DNA of 64,000 nt from Candidatus Bathyarchaeia archaeon (lineage in GTDB: Archaea; Thermoproteota; Bathyarchaeia; Bathyarchaeales; Bathycorpusculaceae). The DNA lies in assembly GCA_049512075.1 (NCBI GenBank), contig JBEKXL010000012.1, positions 1 to 64,000 on the forward strand. The letters are read 5' to 3'. Both the position numbers and the translations under genes were made by a program. Below, in pieces: positions 9,863 through 19,706 of the stretch; the first letter of the stretch is position 1, and every line of letters begins with the position of its first letter. The notes under the pieces are model-generated. The model saw only the letters and a list, made by a program, of their open reading frames with translations. It ran no database searches and was not told where the DNA came from.

Positions 9863-11020
9863 ATGTCGTTTGACGAGATAGTTGAGCGCATTCTTTCAAG
9901 TTGCCCCGGGGTTTCGAGGGAATCTGTTCTGGAGAGGCTGGAGGCGGAGAGAAGTAGGGCTGGCGGCCTGATTTCGGATGAGGCTCTTCTGAGGATGATC
10001 GCAGCGGGATTTGGCTGTGAGAATCTGGGCGGTGAGACTGCTGCGCATGTCCTGTTGGTGAGGGACTTGATTCCCGGACTGAATGACATCAGCGTTGTCG
10101 GGCGGGTTGTCGCTGTTTTTTCTCCGCGGGCTTTCAACGGCAACAGGAAAGGGAGGTTTGCAAGCTTGCTCATCGCTGATGGGAGCGGGGTTCTGCGGGT
10201 GGTGTTGTGGAACGACAAGGCGGGTTTGGCAGAGTCTAGCGGGGTGAAGGTTGGCGAGATAGTTCGTTTTCGTCACGGCTACACTCGCGAGGACTTCGGT
10301 GGGAAAGTCGAAGTGCACATTGGAGAGAAGTGCATTGTCGAGGTTAACCCGGCGGACGTGAATTCGAAGGATTATCCTTCGATTGGCAAGTTTACGACGA
10401 AGATTGACGAGCTGTCGAGCGTTCAGAAAAGCAACAAGGTGAACTTGACTGGGACTGTTAAGCGGTTGGGTTCGGTGTCGGAGTTTGAGAGGTCGGATTC
10501 AAGCGTTGGCAAGGTTATGCGGTTCATCTTGTCCGACGGTTCTAGGGAAGTGGCGGTCGTGGTTTGGAACGAGAAGGTTGACGAGATTGAAGGCCTAGTT
10601 AAGGTGGGCGCAGGGTTGCAGGTGGTGAATGGAAAGGTTAAGAAAGCAGCTGGTGGAGGGTTGGAGGTTCACGTTGACTCGGCAACTTATGTTGGCGTTC
10701 AAGCTCTTTCAGAGTTTTCGCCGCTGGCGAGTTTGAAGGAGGGTTTGGGCCAGGTCAACGTTATGGGAGAAGTTGCGACGAGACCGATGGTTAGGGAAGT
10801 GAAAACTTCGAAACAGGAGATTCTGAAGCTGGCTACTTTCGAGTTGAAAGACGAGACGGACAGGATGTGGGTTTCGGCGTGGCGAAACCATGCGGATTCG
10901 GTGAAAGACTTGAATGTTGGCGACAGAATAGTCATCAAAAACGCCTATGTCAAAAAAGGCTTTGGCGACCAGCTTGAACTGTCAACCAGAAACGCAACGT
11001 CCATAGCTAAGGAAACCTGA
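9863..11020 (+). CDS. rpa: Replication protein A (multi OB-fold ssDNA-binding protein)
   Basis: Three OB folds (D-x-S/T-x-x-x-x-V-x-x-W pattern); GGLISDEAL N-terminus. Confidence 0.85.
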   Translation: MSFDEIVERILSSCPGVSRESVLERLEAERSRAGGLISDEALLRMIAAGFGCENLGGETAAHVLLVRDLIPGLNDISVVGRVVAVFSPRAFNGNRKGRFASLLIADGSGVLRVVLWNDKAGLAESSGVKVGEIVRFRHGYTREDFGGKVEVHIGEKCIVEVNPADVNSKDYPSIGKFTTKIDELSSVQKSNKVNLTGTVKRLGSVSEFERSDSSVGKVMRFILSDGSREVAVVVWNEKVDEIEGLVKVGAGLQVVNGKVKKAAGGGLEVHVDSATYVGVQALSEFSPLASLKEGLGQVNVMGEVATRPMVREVKTSKQEILKLATFELKDETDRMWVSAWRNHADSVKDLNVGDRIVIKNAYVKKGFGDQLELSTRNATSIAKET

Positions 11021-11541
11021 AGGGCTGGCCTGAAGGAACAACTGCGAAGTCGTATCCTGGAAAATCACGATGTGCCCATTTTCGGCTTGTGTGCGCTGAC
11101 GTACCCTACCCACCGGTCCACTATATGATCTGAATATGATTGGACAAACATGTGTGTTAGACCAACTGAGATGAGTTTGAGTAGCGCGTCGCGACCAGTC
11201 TTGATGAAAAATACATGCGGCACGAAATAGTGCTATCATTTATGAGAAGGCAGTTGCTATCCACATTACGGAGTTGACTGCGGAAAAGTTCAGCATTCTT
11301 GACTAGACTGCATTAAAGCCAGCGCGCTACTTCTTTGAAAACCTTACGATATGCAACGTTCCATGCAGCCTACTTAGAGAGTTCATGCATATAGTTGTGT
11401 GGCCAAGTGTCAAGGAGGGATAAGCGGAGCAATTCAAGACTTGATGAGAAGAGAAACCCTGAAACAAAAGAAAATAGGCACCATTGCTGATGCAATCAAA
11501 AAGACTTAACGCGCTATTCGTATGGGCTATCCTTTCATGGA

Positions 11542-12042
11542 CTATAACCAACCACATGCATAAAGCTTATCTCTTAATTCCATTACGAACTCGAGGTGAG
11601 TCCTCAGATGCTTCTTAATCCTTTCTACTGTTAGTGCGTCGTTCGTTAGAGACAAATAAACATCTGGTATGTGAGAAGATTCTTCCTTATGCTTTGACAA
11701 CCCTAAGAAATCTGCTAAGTCTGAAGCACGGATAGGTTCTGGCCCGTACTGAAAGAACTCAGCTAGATCTTCTATTTCGAATGCACCATGCTCAAATGGC
11801 AAAGCAATGCCATATTTCAAAGCTCTAATATTACAGAAAGGGATATCGTATGTTTTTATTTTCCATCCAGTTATTCTTATGTTCTTGTGAGATTTTCTTT
11901 TTAGATATGCTTGAAAATCCTTCAATAGTTCCTTTTCATCTTTATTAAAGAAAATATTATCTCCTATTCCAATCATGATTATCCTACTTGAAATAGGACT
12001 GGTTCCTGTTGTTTCGATATCGAATGGGACAGTTTCACTCAT
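11542..12042 (-). CDS. RNase H-like 3'-5' exonuclease domain protein (AT-rich, accessory)
   Basis: FDIETTG, EKELL, TGWKIKTYDIPF, DL. Confidence 0.7.
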   Translation of the reverse strand: MSETVPFDIETTGTSPISSRIIMIGIGDNIFFNKDEKELLKDFQAYLKRKSHKNIRITGWKIKTYDIPFCNIRALKYGIALPFEHGAFEIEDLAEFFQYGPEPIRASDLADFLGLSKHKEESSHIPDVYLSLTNDALTVERIKKHLRTHLEFVMELRDKLYACGWL

Positions 12043-12406
12043 CTTTTCCCAACTCCATTCCTAAACATGTCTTTGCGCATTGCACACAATAATCTGTAAT
12101 CGAACGTCTCTTTTTAGGTTTCACGTTACTATAACATGCTAGACCGAATATGATTCAACATCAAGCGTGCATGCATGTTCCTCAATCCGGTTTTCGAGTG
12201 TGACGGTAGTTGGGTCGCACCGTTTTTTAGACACTGACTTCTCGTATCGCGCATGCTTGGAATTCGAGCCCTTGCTCTTGAGTACTCAATTTCGTGGTTA
12301 TTTCGAGGTTCAATTTTCTTGTGTTTTCTTTCGCGTGGGCGCCACAGGATCTGACATAAGGGAAGCGGTTGCCTAGTAGTTTCGCGCGCGCTAAGCCAGT
12401 GCGCTT

Positions 12407-13015
12407 GTGCGTACTATCTTCCCTAAATGCGCGATAGTTTTAGTACTGATTTCAGCATACAATGATAAGGGTTTCTCAGCATTGCCGCAAAATTCTGGAG
12501 ATTCTGGCTCGATACTCTGGACAGGCAAACCCTGGATACTGCCTAGTGCAGTGACTGGAACCGTACTGATCATTGTGGTCGCCGTCGTGATATCTTGGCT
12601 CGAACTCTCGTATGATATAGCGCACACGATTCCATATCTGCAGAATCCGATTCCGAATACTCAGATTGTGTTGTGGATTGATGTGGTGATTTTCTTGGTT
12701 TGGGTGCTTAGCATGGCGCACCTGCTGCTGATAAGGGCTTCAAACACCTATGTTCTCAGGGATGATAGTTTGGAAATAAGGTTTGGAATCTTGACTTCAA
12801 AATCGACTGTAATCTCTCCTTCAGGTTTTTCAGATTTGGAAGTAATCAGATCGATTTCTAATAGAATCGTGAACTCCGGAGACATGATCATTCGCACTCA
12901 AAGCGAAACCGAAAGCAACCTAAAGATGAAAATGATTTGCAGTCCGATGAAAGTTGCTTCCCAAATAAGGGAAGTCATGGCTAGACCAATAGTTAGGATC
13001 GAAGGGAAAGAATAG
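12407..13015 (+). CDS. Membrane protein with bacterial PH (bPH_2) domain
   Basis: Two TM helices, then YVL...LEIRFGILT...GDMII. Confidence 0.65.
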   Translation: MRTIFPKCAIVLVLISAYNDKGFSALPQNSGDSGSILWTGKPWILPSAVTGTVLIIVVAVVISWLELSYDIAHTIPYLQNPIPNTQIVLWIDVVIFLVWVLSMAHLLLIRASNTYVLRDDSLEIRFGILTSKSTVISPSGFSDLEVIRSISNRIVNSGDMIIRTQSETESNLKMKMICSPMKVASQIREVMARPIVRIEGKE

Positions 13016-13176
13016 CGCGCGCGCGTGACTAGTGCCCGCGAAGAGATATAAGGCTTAGGACCCGTGCTGCAATGTTTACTGGGTTCAAAAGAAATGGGCA
13101 AACGAAGAGGAGCAGCGGAAATATTGATGTTAGCCAAGGCTTGGCTATGGTGTCTTCTGGTTGCGGGCTCGCTGAT

Positions 13177-13324
13177 TGGTGCCGTTCGCCCTGACGGAGG
13201 CTTGCTCCGGCAGTGGGGCGGGATTCGAGCCCGCGACTTCTGGACATTGGGCGCCTTTTAGTGCCCCGTTTGTTGTTCTCCAGATTATGAGTCTGGCGCC
13301 CTGGCCAGGCTAGGCTACCCCGGC
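13177..13324 (-). tRNA. Elongator tRNA-Met(CAT) with two introns (45/46: 13238-13277; 68/69: 13185-13214), CCA encoded
   Basis: Removing both introns gives a 78-nt cloverleaf GCCGGGG...CCAGA-CT-CAT-AA-TCTGG-AGGTC-GCGGG-CTCGAAT-CCCGC-CCCCGGC-ACCA; BHB-type motifs at both junctions. Confidence 0.9.
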
Positions 13325-13405
13325 GTGTGGTTCTTGGCTATTTTGTTTGAGAAGGGTTGATTTAAGGTTATTTATGCAGTTGTCAAGTTAGGCGTGCATG
13401 AATGT

Positions 13406-14137
13406 TCATTCGCCGGAAGTCTTGAGGGCTTGTTTTCTAGTCAGTTTCTCTACGTTGGAGTGTTTTCCGACGTATGCTATTTCTGCCATTTGGACGAAGA
13501 GACCCGTCTCCAAAATTCCGGGCATTGACTTGAGTCTGTGTTCTAGCTCAGCTGGCTTGTGCACGAGTCCAAAGTCTGCGTCTATGATGACGTTTCCGTT
13601 GTCCGTTATGACAGGTCCGACTTTCATTTTTCCTTCTCTTAGGGCAGGTTTTCCGCCCATTTCTTTTATTCTGCGCATTACAAGTGAGGCTGCGAAGGGC
13701 AGTGTTTCTAGGGGCACTGGGTGATTGTTTTCTCCCAGAATCTTGACTTTCTTGGTTTCGTCTGCGATTATTATCAGTTTTTTGGATGCGGAGGCCACGA
13801 TTTTTTCGCGTGCGAGCGCTCCGCCCATGCCTTTGATGAGGTTTAGTTCTGGGTCTATTTGGTCTGCTCCGTCTATTGTCAAATCCAATATAGGCTGTTC
13901 CTCAAGGGTTGTTGCCGGGATCCCGTGCTGGACGGCGAGCATGAAGGCTTGGTATGATGTTGGAACGCCTTGAACGTGCAGTTTTTCTCTTTTCATTCTT
14001 TTTCCGATTTCTTCGATGGCGTAGGCTGCTGTGCTTCCGCTGCCTAGCCCAACTGTGAAGCCATTTTTGACGTGTTTTACGGCTTCTAGGGCGGCGTTTT
14101 TCTTGGCTTTTTCAACCCATTTCTGTTTAGGATTCAA
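13406..14137 (-). CDS. rpiA: Ribose-5-phosphate isomerase A
   Basis: GLGSGST, DGADQ, IKGMGGALAREK and TDNGN. Confidence 0.95.
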   Translation of the reverse strand: MNPKQKWVEKAKKNAALEAVKHVKNGFTVGLGSGSTAAYAIEEIGKRMKREKLHVQGVPTSYQAFMLAVQHGIPATTLEEQPILDLTIDGADQIDPELNLIKGMGGALAREKIVASASKKLIIIADETKKVKILGENNHPVPLETLPFAASLVMRRIKEMGGKPALREGKMKVGPVITDNGNVIIDADFGLVHKPAELEHRLKSMPGILETGLFVQMAEIAYVGKHSNVEKLTRKQALKTSGE

Positions 14138-14828
14138 TTTCCATCTGCCCCAGTTTGTCCAGGACTTTTTCCACTTCGGCTCTGATTTCTTCTATTCGTT
14201 TTTCTGCTTCCGTTCGTGGGCTGGGTTTGGCTGGCGATTGCTTTCTCTTCTTCTTGGCTTTCTCTTCTTCCGTGGGTTTTTCTTCAGAAGCGGGGGTTTC
14301 GGTTGTCGACGCTTTGGGGGCTATTGTTATTTCTTTTATCGATTTGATTTCGGTTTTTGTTCGAAGTTCTTCAATTTTCGAGGTCAGTTCGTCGAATCGT
14401 TCGCTGAACAGTTTCATCAAGTCTTGCTGCATGCTTTCAAGCTCGTGCAAGGCCACCACGGATTCGTCTTTGGAAATGGCGTCTTTCACCGTCATCATTC
14501 GGGACTTATACGTCTGTGCGAGCCTTTCTCTTTCTTCTTCCGTTATTTTGCCTTCCGCGTGCGCTTCATATAGTCGCCTGATCGCGTCGCTTAGAATCTC
14601 CCTCTCCAAATCCAATATTCGGAGTTCTTCTTTGGCGTGTGAAGCTTCCTCGGCAGGGACGCTCTTGCTGACTCTGAACGGGTAACCCCTAAGATCAGCC
14701 TGTAATTCCTCTTCTGCAGTTTTTTTCTCTTTTTTTCCTCGCCTTCGCATGGCAAAAACAACGATTAAACAGGCGATGATCACCCCTACCGTGATTATTG
14801 CAACAGTTAAGGCGTCATCGAATGGCAA
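14127..14828 (-). CDS. Membrane-anchored coiled-coil hypothetical protein
   Basis: N-terminal TM helix, charged heptads, overlaps the rpiA start. Confidence 0.75.
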   Translation of the reverse strand: MPFDDALTVAIITVGVIIACLIVVFAMRRRGKKEKKTAEEELQADLRGYPFRVSKSVPAEEASHAKEELRILDLEREILSDAIRRLYEAHAEGKITEEERERLAQTYKSRMMTVKDAISKDESVVALHELESMQQDLMKLFSERFDELTSKIEELRTKTEIKSIKEITIAPKASTTETPASEEKPTEEEKAKKKRKQSPAKPSPRTEAEKRIEEIRAEVEKVLDKLGQMEIES

Positions 14829-14993
14829 TAACCGCGTCCCTCTTTATCCTCATTGCGCATAATCCATATATAAGTTATCTAAACGCCCGCTTCGCTGAGG
14901 GCATATTGATGCAAAACTTCTTGCCAACGACAAATTGGTTCTCAACAGGACTTTGCAGGAGAAGAATCCTCGTCAGTGCGCGCTTTGCTCGGG

Positions 14994-15254
14994 TCACGGG
15001 ACGAGTATGCCGATGAGTTTGACTCTCTCCAGGTTTTCTTCACCGTGCGGCGCACTTGCCATGTCTTCTGCCAAATCTTTACCCGCTACGTGTTCGCCCT
15101 GATGATCTCCGTCTATCCACAGATAATTGTCCGTAACGTCGTACACCTTGCCCTTGTAGGCAATGTAGGCAGGTCTACCCTCTTTTCCATCATACTGCTT
15201 CAGCTCTTCGAGAGTGAACTTGCGTTGAACGCCCTCCAAGTTGACACCACGCAA
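14994..15254 (-). CDS. Cytochrome b5-like heme/steroid-binding protein
   Basis: FTLEELKQYDG...GKVYDVT...HVAGKDL...APHG. Confidence 0.9.
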   Translation of the reverse strand: MRGVNLEGVQRKFTLEELKQYDGKEGRPAYIAYKGKVYDVTDNYLWIDGDHQGEHVAGKDLAEDMASAPHGEENLERVKLIGILVP

Positions 15255-15317
15255 CTGTGTAGACGAGTTGGGTTATTTGAGGCTTTTGAATGGGGGCATC
15301 AACGCGCGCCTTGTTTC

Positions 15318-16193
15318 CTATTCGATAACAACTGTATACTCGTCTTCGCTTTTTACTCCAAGGCCGAGAGCATTTGCCTGGCGGATTTGAGTGTAGCTCC
15401 ACGGGCTGTCCTTCAATTTGGATCCTTCGAAACTTTCGATGACTCTGATGGATTCAACGTCCATGGCTACTCGGTCCCCCGAAGCAAGGATGACGTCTGC
15501 GTTTCGCACTTCGCCGCTGAAGGGCCCTCCCGTTATGAAGCATTTTCTTCCGTCCATGATTATTAGGTTTGGATGCACTACCAGGTTCAGATCGACGAGT
15601 TTTTGCTTCAGGTGTCTGATGTGAAATTCCATTCTTTCGCTCTTTTTTGTAAACCCAAAGGCCAGCTTCAGGCTGAGGGAGAAGTCGGCGCGGAAATGCG
15701 TCTTCATGCAGCAGGAATAGACTATTTTGTCCGCCCGCATGGCTCGTTCTGCCAAGCTGACGTGTTTTAGGTATTTCCCGCCCACGTTTACTTTGACGTA
15801 TTTTTCTTCGTCGAAAAACGCGATTTCTGCCCCCGTGTCTTTCAGCGCAGAGAGTGCTCCAGCTTGTTCTAGCGTCTTCCGAGTGGCAAGCCCTTGCCAA
15901 GAAGATTCTCCTAGGATGACTTTTCCAGCGCCGTGTTCAAACAGCAACTCTACCATTGCCTTAAGAAATTCAGGGTCGCTTGAAGCGGGCGGAGGATCGG
16001 CACTGTTGTAGTTGGGCTTAAGCAAGACTTGGTCACCTTTGTCGATGACCTTGTTGAACCCGCCAATCATGTCAACGGCCTTAAGAATCTCTGTCTTCAC
16101 GTCTCCAGCAGTCGCAACTTTGCTTAAGAGGACTTTGCCATCCATCGTGAACGGATTACTCGCAACCTTCCCAATTCCTTCATCGGGCGACAT
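15318..16193 (-). CDS. DUF362 family protein
   Basis: VLLKPN, ESS, KTH, LSLK and DRVAMD. Confidence 0.85.
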   Translation of the reverse strand: MSPDEGIGKVASNPFTMDGKVLLSKVATAGDVKTEILKAVDMIGGFNKVIDKGDQVLLKPNYNSADPPPASSDPEFLKAMVELLFEHGAGKVILGESSWQGLATRKTLEQAGALSALKDTGAEIAFFDEEKYVKVNVGGKYLKHVSLAERAMRADKIVYSCCMKTHFRADFSLSLKLAFGFTKKSERMEFHIRHLKQKLVDLNLVVHPNLIIMDGRKCFITGGPFSGEVRNADVILASGDRVAMDVESIRVIESFEGSKLKDSPWSYTQIRQANALGLGVKSEDEYTVVIE

Positions 16194-16467
16194 AGTGAAA
16201 CACCAAACATGGAAATGTACGCAGCGTGAGCTTGCGCTTCGCCAGTCTCAAAGTTTGACAAATTCCTAATAAACACTTGTGACTGCGCCCGAACATCCAC
16301 GTTCGCACGCGAGTCCTGCCCCCCCGACAGATTAAGCACCCAACTGCGGCTTAGCACCTCAAAAATCTCGAAAATGCTTTGAAAGCATGCCCTCAACCTT
16401 TGGCAGGCGCCTAAAACGGACAAAATGGGCAAGCTTGATGATGCTTCTTTATCGAAGGAAGGTTCTG

Positions 16468-16544
16468 TGGAGCCTCGGGCGGGATTTGAACCCGCGACCC
16501 CCGCCTTACCAAGGCGGAGCCCCACCAGGCTAGGCTACCGAGGC
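16468..16544 (-). tRNA. tRNA-Thr(GGT), no intron, CCA encoded
   Basis: GCCTCGG...CCGCC-TT-GGT-AA-GGCGG...GCGGG-TTCAAAT-CCCGC-CCGAGGC-TCCA. Confidence 0.95.
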
Positions 16545-16626
16545 GCAGACTCTCCTTTGAAGAGGACTCTATAAAATTTAGAGTTTTCTATCCAATCGCC
16601 CTGTTCGGGGGGTCTCTCTTCATGCA

Positions 16627-17219
16627 TTATTCATTCTTGGCGATTGATCTTAGAAGATCTTTGGCTACGCTCGCAAAGGTTAGGTATCTATAATGAACCT
16701 CATCGTTTAGATCTATTAGGAAACTATCAACGTCTGAAGGTGTGATGTATGGGAATTCTCTGATTATGTTTCTGTGCTCAGCATAAGATGCGTAGTCCTT
16801 GTAGAGGCAAATCATCACAGCATCCCGGCTTAATCCTAAGCCCCTTTCAAGCAAGAGAATTACGAAATGACTCTGGCTCAAACTCTCTTTTGCGGCCTGT
16901 CTCACGCTTTCGACCCTTTCAGGGGGAGGTCTTTGAGTTTCAAGAAAATGAATGCGCACAGGTTGTACCCCAGTTTCCTGAAATCGGGTATCATCGTGTA
17001 TTCGTTCACAACTCCCTCCCTCTCCAGCCTCTTAATTATTCTGCTCACCGTCGGCTGGGAGACTCCGATGGCCCTGGCTAGTTCTCTGTCGCTTCTTCTG
17101 GAATTGCTTATCAGCTCCGAGATAAGAGCCGCCTCAGTGTCTTTCAGTGGCTCTCTCTCAGCGTTAAAGTCGCGAACAGTTCCTTGCCTGTGACGCTCAC
17201 GCTGCTTATCTCTTTTCAT
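16627..17219 (-). pseudogene. Lrp/AsnC regulator, frameshifted at a C5 run (about 16922-16926)
   Basis: HTH (NSRRSDRELA...SQPTV...PDFRKLGY) lies in one frame and the C-terminal domain in an overlapping frame. Confidence 0.8.
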
Positions 17220-17372
17220 AATCTTTCGCCTTTCTCTGGAACTGCGGTTATTTGATTATACATAAATGATCAAATATAACCCTTAGCATGGTCAAAACCG
17301 GTGTATCATTCTTGGAAGGCTAAACAAATATAAAAGAAGATGCTGATTCAACATTTGAACCCTCCTCACTTC

Positions 17373-17518
17373 GCGGGGGTGTCCGAGTTTGGCCAAAGGA
17401 GACAGGCTTAGGAGAACGCTGCCTAGAATAGAACAAAAGGTTTGTATCGGAATAGGCGCCGTTTTAAGGAACCTGTTGCCGTAGGGCTGCATGGGTTCAA
17501 ACCCCATCCCCCGCACCA
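17373..17518 (+). tRNA. tRNA-Leu(TAG) with canonical 37/38 intron (17413-17470)
   Basis: GCGGGGG acceptor; long variable arm; BHB CTTA-GGA / TAAG-GAA; ACCA end. Confidence 0.93.
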
Positions 17519-17553
17519 CCATGTTGAATTTTGGGGGTTTATCCGGGTGACGT

Positions 17554-17882
17554 TTACCCTTTGCGTTTTCGGAAGATTTTGGCGTTGTCAAAGTCGCAGA
17601 CATACTCGAAGCCTGCTTCCACCAGTGCGCAAGTGTCGACTGTGGTTTTGGCTACTTTTGAGACGTATTCCTGTTCGCCTTTGAAAACCTCCTCTGCCAG
17701 GTGCACGTAAACGAGAGTATTCTTGATGTTTTTGTGGCCTAGGAGCTGCATTACGTGGACGATGTCTTTTGTTCGATGATACTCCAAGGTCGCTTTCCAA
17801 TGTCGCAGTGTCTTGAAGGTTATGTTCCTGAGTCTGGGATTTCCAAGCTTCTGAGCTATGTTTCTTCTTTGTCGCGCGCGCG
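17554..17882 (-). pseudogene. Tyrosine integrase C-terminal remnant, convergent on the tRNA-Leu 3' end
   Basis: TFKTLRHW...LLGHKNIKNTLVY catalytic motifs; N-terminal part absent. Confidence 0.85.
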
Positions 17883-18046
17883 AATCTTCCATACTAGCTC
17901 ATGAAGAGAATTGAGCGCGCGCTAAGGCAGGACGCCGAGAAAACCTGAAGGCTATTTTGTCATTTTAAGTTCCCGAATAATCCAGACTGCATATTTCCAG
18001 CGCGCCTTTCCCAAAGACGGAGAAAATGGAGGTTATGTTGGCTTTG

Positions 18047-18949
18047 TTATGGTTGTTTTGGCGGTGGCGAGGGTGTTCTTCTTCTCGCTAGGAAGATTAG
18101 CACTCCGATGCTCATGATTAGAAAACCCACTGCGAAGATGAGCCAGGCGTATCCCTGCATCGTGAGCAAGTTGCCGCCTCCCTGCAGAATGGACGCGATG
18201 GCGTCTTCAAACGTGGACCATTTTGATGTTTCATTTGACCAAGCCTGCTGTATAGAATCCAACGAGTTCTTGTAGTAGGCCGCGGCCTTGCTGAAGTCTC
18301 CTCGCATATAACTGTCGCTTGCCAGCGTCTTGGCGACGTTCGACTCCTGTAGCAGTTGCCTCGCGTTCGCTGTCAGAAACGGAATGCCGTTGAAATTGCT
18401 GGTCGGGTATGCGTTCACCTGTTGTTCGTACTCATTCGCCGCTGCTTGATCTGTGGAAAACACGGCGAAACCGTTGCCATTCGTAGTCCAACTGGTTATT
18501 ATCCTTTTGGGTCCGGTCGTACTGTTCACGTTCTCCACGTAAATTGTGTAGCCATGCGTCACCAGGTTGGATGCGAACAACGCAGACGGAACCGTGAAGC
18601 TTACCATGAAAACGTGTGACTGAGAACTGGCGATGCCAAACGGATTATCCGGGCTACACTCGCTTGAAGTGTAGTTTACGCCCCAATCGAAACCCACCTT
18701 CACAGCAGAAACGTTCAGCTGACCAACATAATAGTCGTTCGAAACACTTACAACTAGAAACGCCGATGTGTTTTCCTCATATGCTGTAACTAATGAGCCG
18801 TAAAAGCTATCATATTGGTTCCGAACAACTGTAGAGATCCAGTTGTAATTGTTGATCGAAGCTCTTCCTGCCGGTATGTTCAATGCGACAACCAAAACAG
18901 CAGCGCACAAGACGGTGCACATTGTGATTGTTATTTTCATCTTTCTCAC
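18047..18949 (-). CDS. Secreted, C-terminally anchored surface protein
   Basis: Signal peptide, beta-rich domain, C-terminal TM helix and Pro-rich tail. Confidence 0.75.
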   Translation of the reverse strand: MRKMKITITMCTVLCAAVLVVALNIPAGRASINNYNWISTVVRNQYDSFYGSLVTAYEENTSAFLVVSVSNDYYVGQLNVSAVKVGFDWGVNYTSSECSPDNPFGIASSQSHVFMVSFTVPSALFASNLVTHGYTIYVENVNSTTGPKRIITSWTTNGNGFAVFSTDQAAANEYEQQVNAYPTSNFNGIPFLTANARQLLQESNVAKTLASDSYMRGDFSKAAAYYKNSLDSIQQAWSNETSKWSTFEDAIASILQGGGNLLTMQGYAWLIFAVGFLIMSIGVLIFLARRRTPSPPPKQP

Positions 18950-19101
18950 GTTCTATTTGGCTGTGAACGGAATCCAAGTTGTACCTCAAAGTTATTATAA
19001 CTTTCCCAAACGCCTTATACACGCGCTCAACAGAAAAAGCCGCTGTTTCTAGATGCAGACAATGCGGGTTCGTGGGAGTGACGTGTGCCCTGTCAAAGCT
19101 T

Positions 19102-19249
19102 AGCGCGCTAGGCCGTTGCTAAATTCGGACAAAAATGGATTTTAATGGGTCTGAGCTTTTTTCTTGTCAAGTGTCTCGATGTTTTGACGGAAGGATAGTT
19201 GTCGAATAAAATCCATCAAGGTCTCAATTTAGCAACAAGCTGGCGCGCC
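19102..19249. mobile_element. GCGCGC-bounded inverted-repeat element A (MITE-like)
   Basis: Ends aggccgttgctaaattcggacaaaaatggatttta and (reverse complement) agcttgttgctaaattgagaccttgatggatttta; flanks AGCGCGCT and GGCGCGCC. Confidence 0.7.
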
Positions 19250-19706
19250 AATGCCCTCAGGTCTCCCAGACGTGAGAAACCGTCCGCATGCTCGTTTGCT
19301 TCTTCAATGTTTGTCACACACACAGCAACATTACATCTGACCTTACAATTGTGGAGTAGGATGGCTGCTTTGAAGGGCAGACCAGCCTGTTTTCTCCATG
19401 ATTTGTTACAAAGCATCATTACAAATGGCGTTACAACTGAAAAGAGGGGGGGTCGACGACAAGCATCACAAAACAACATCGCATTTGACGTAGATAATGG
19501 AGGGAGCGGTCAACCTTGAAGGATACGGTGCGTTTCTGCTGAAGCAGAGCGCAAATTCATTGGCTCACGTTTTCGGATGTCAGAGCCCCAACAGCGCGCG
19601 CAGGCTCAAAGATGCGCGTGTGCCCCGAACAACCACTAATTTAATATTTAAAAGGAAGAATTCGGTTCTAGAAGATCGAATATTGATTTGAGGAAGCGCG
19701 AACACT

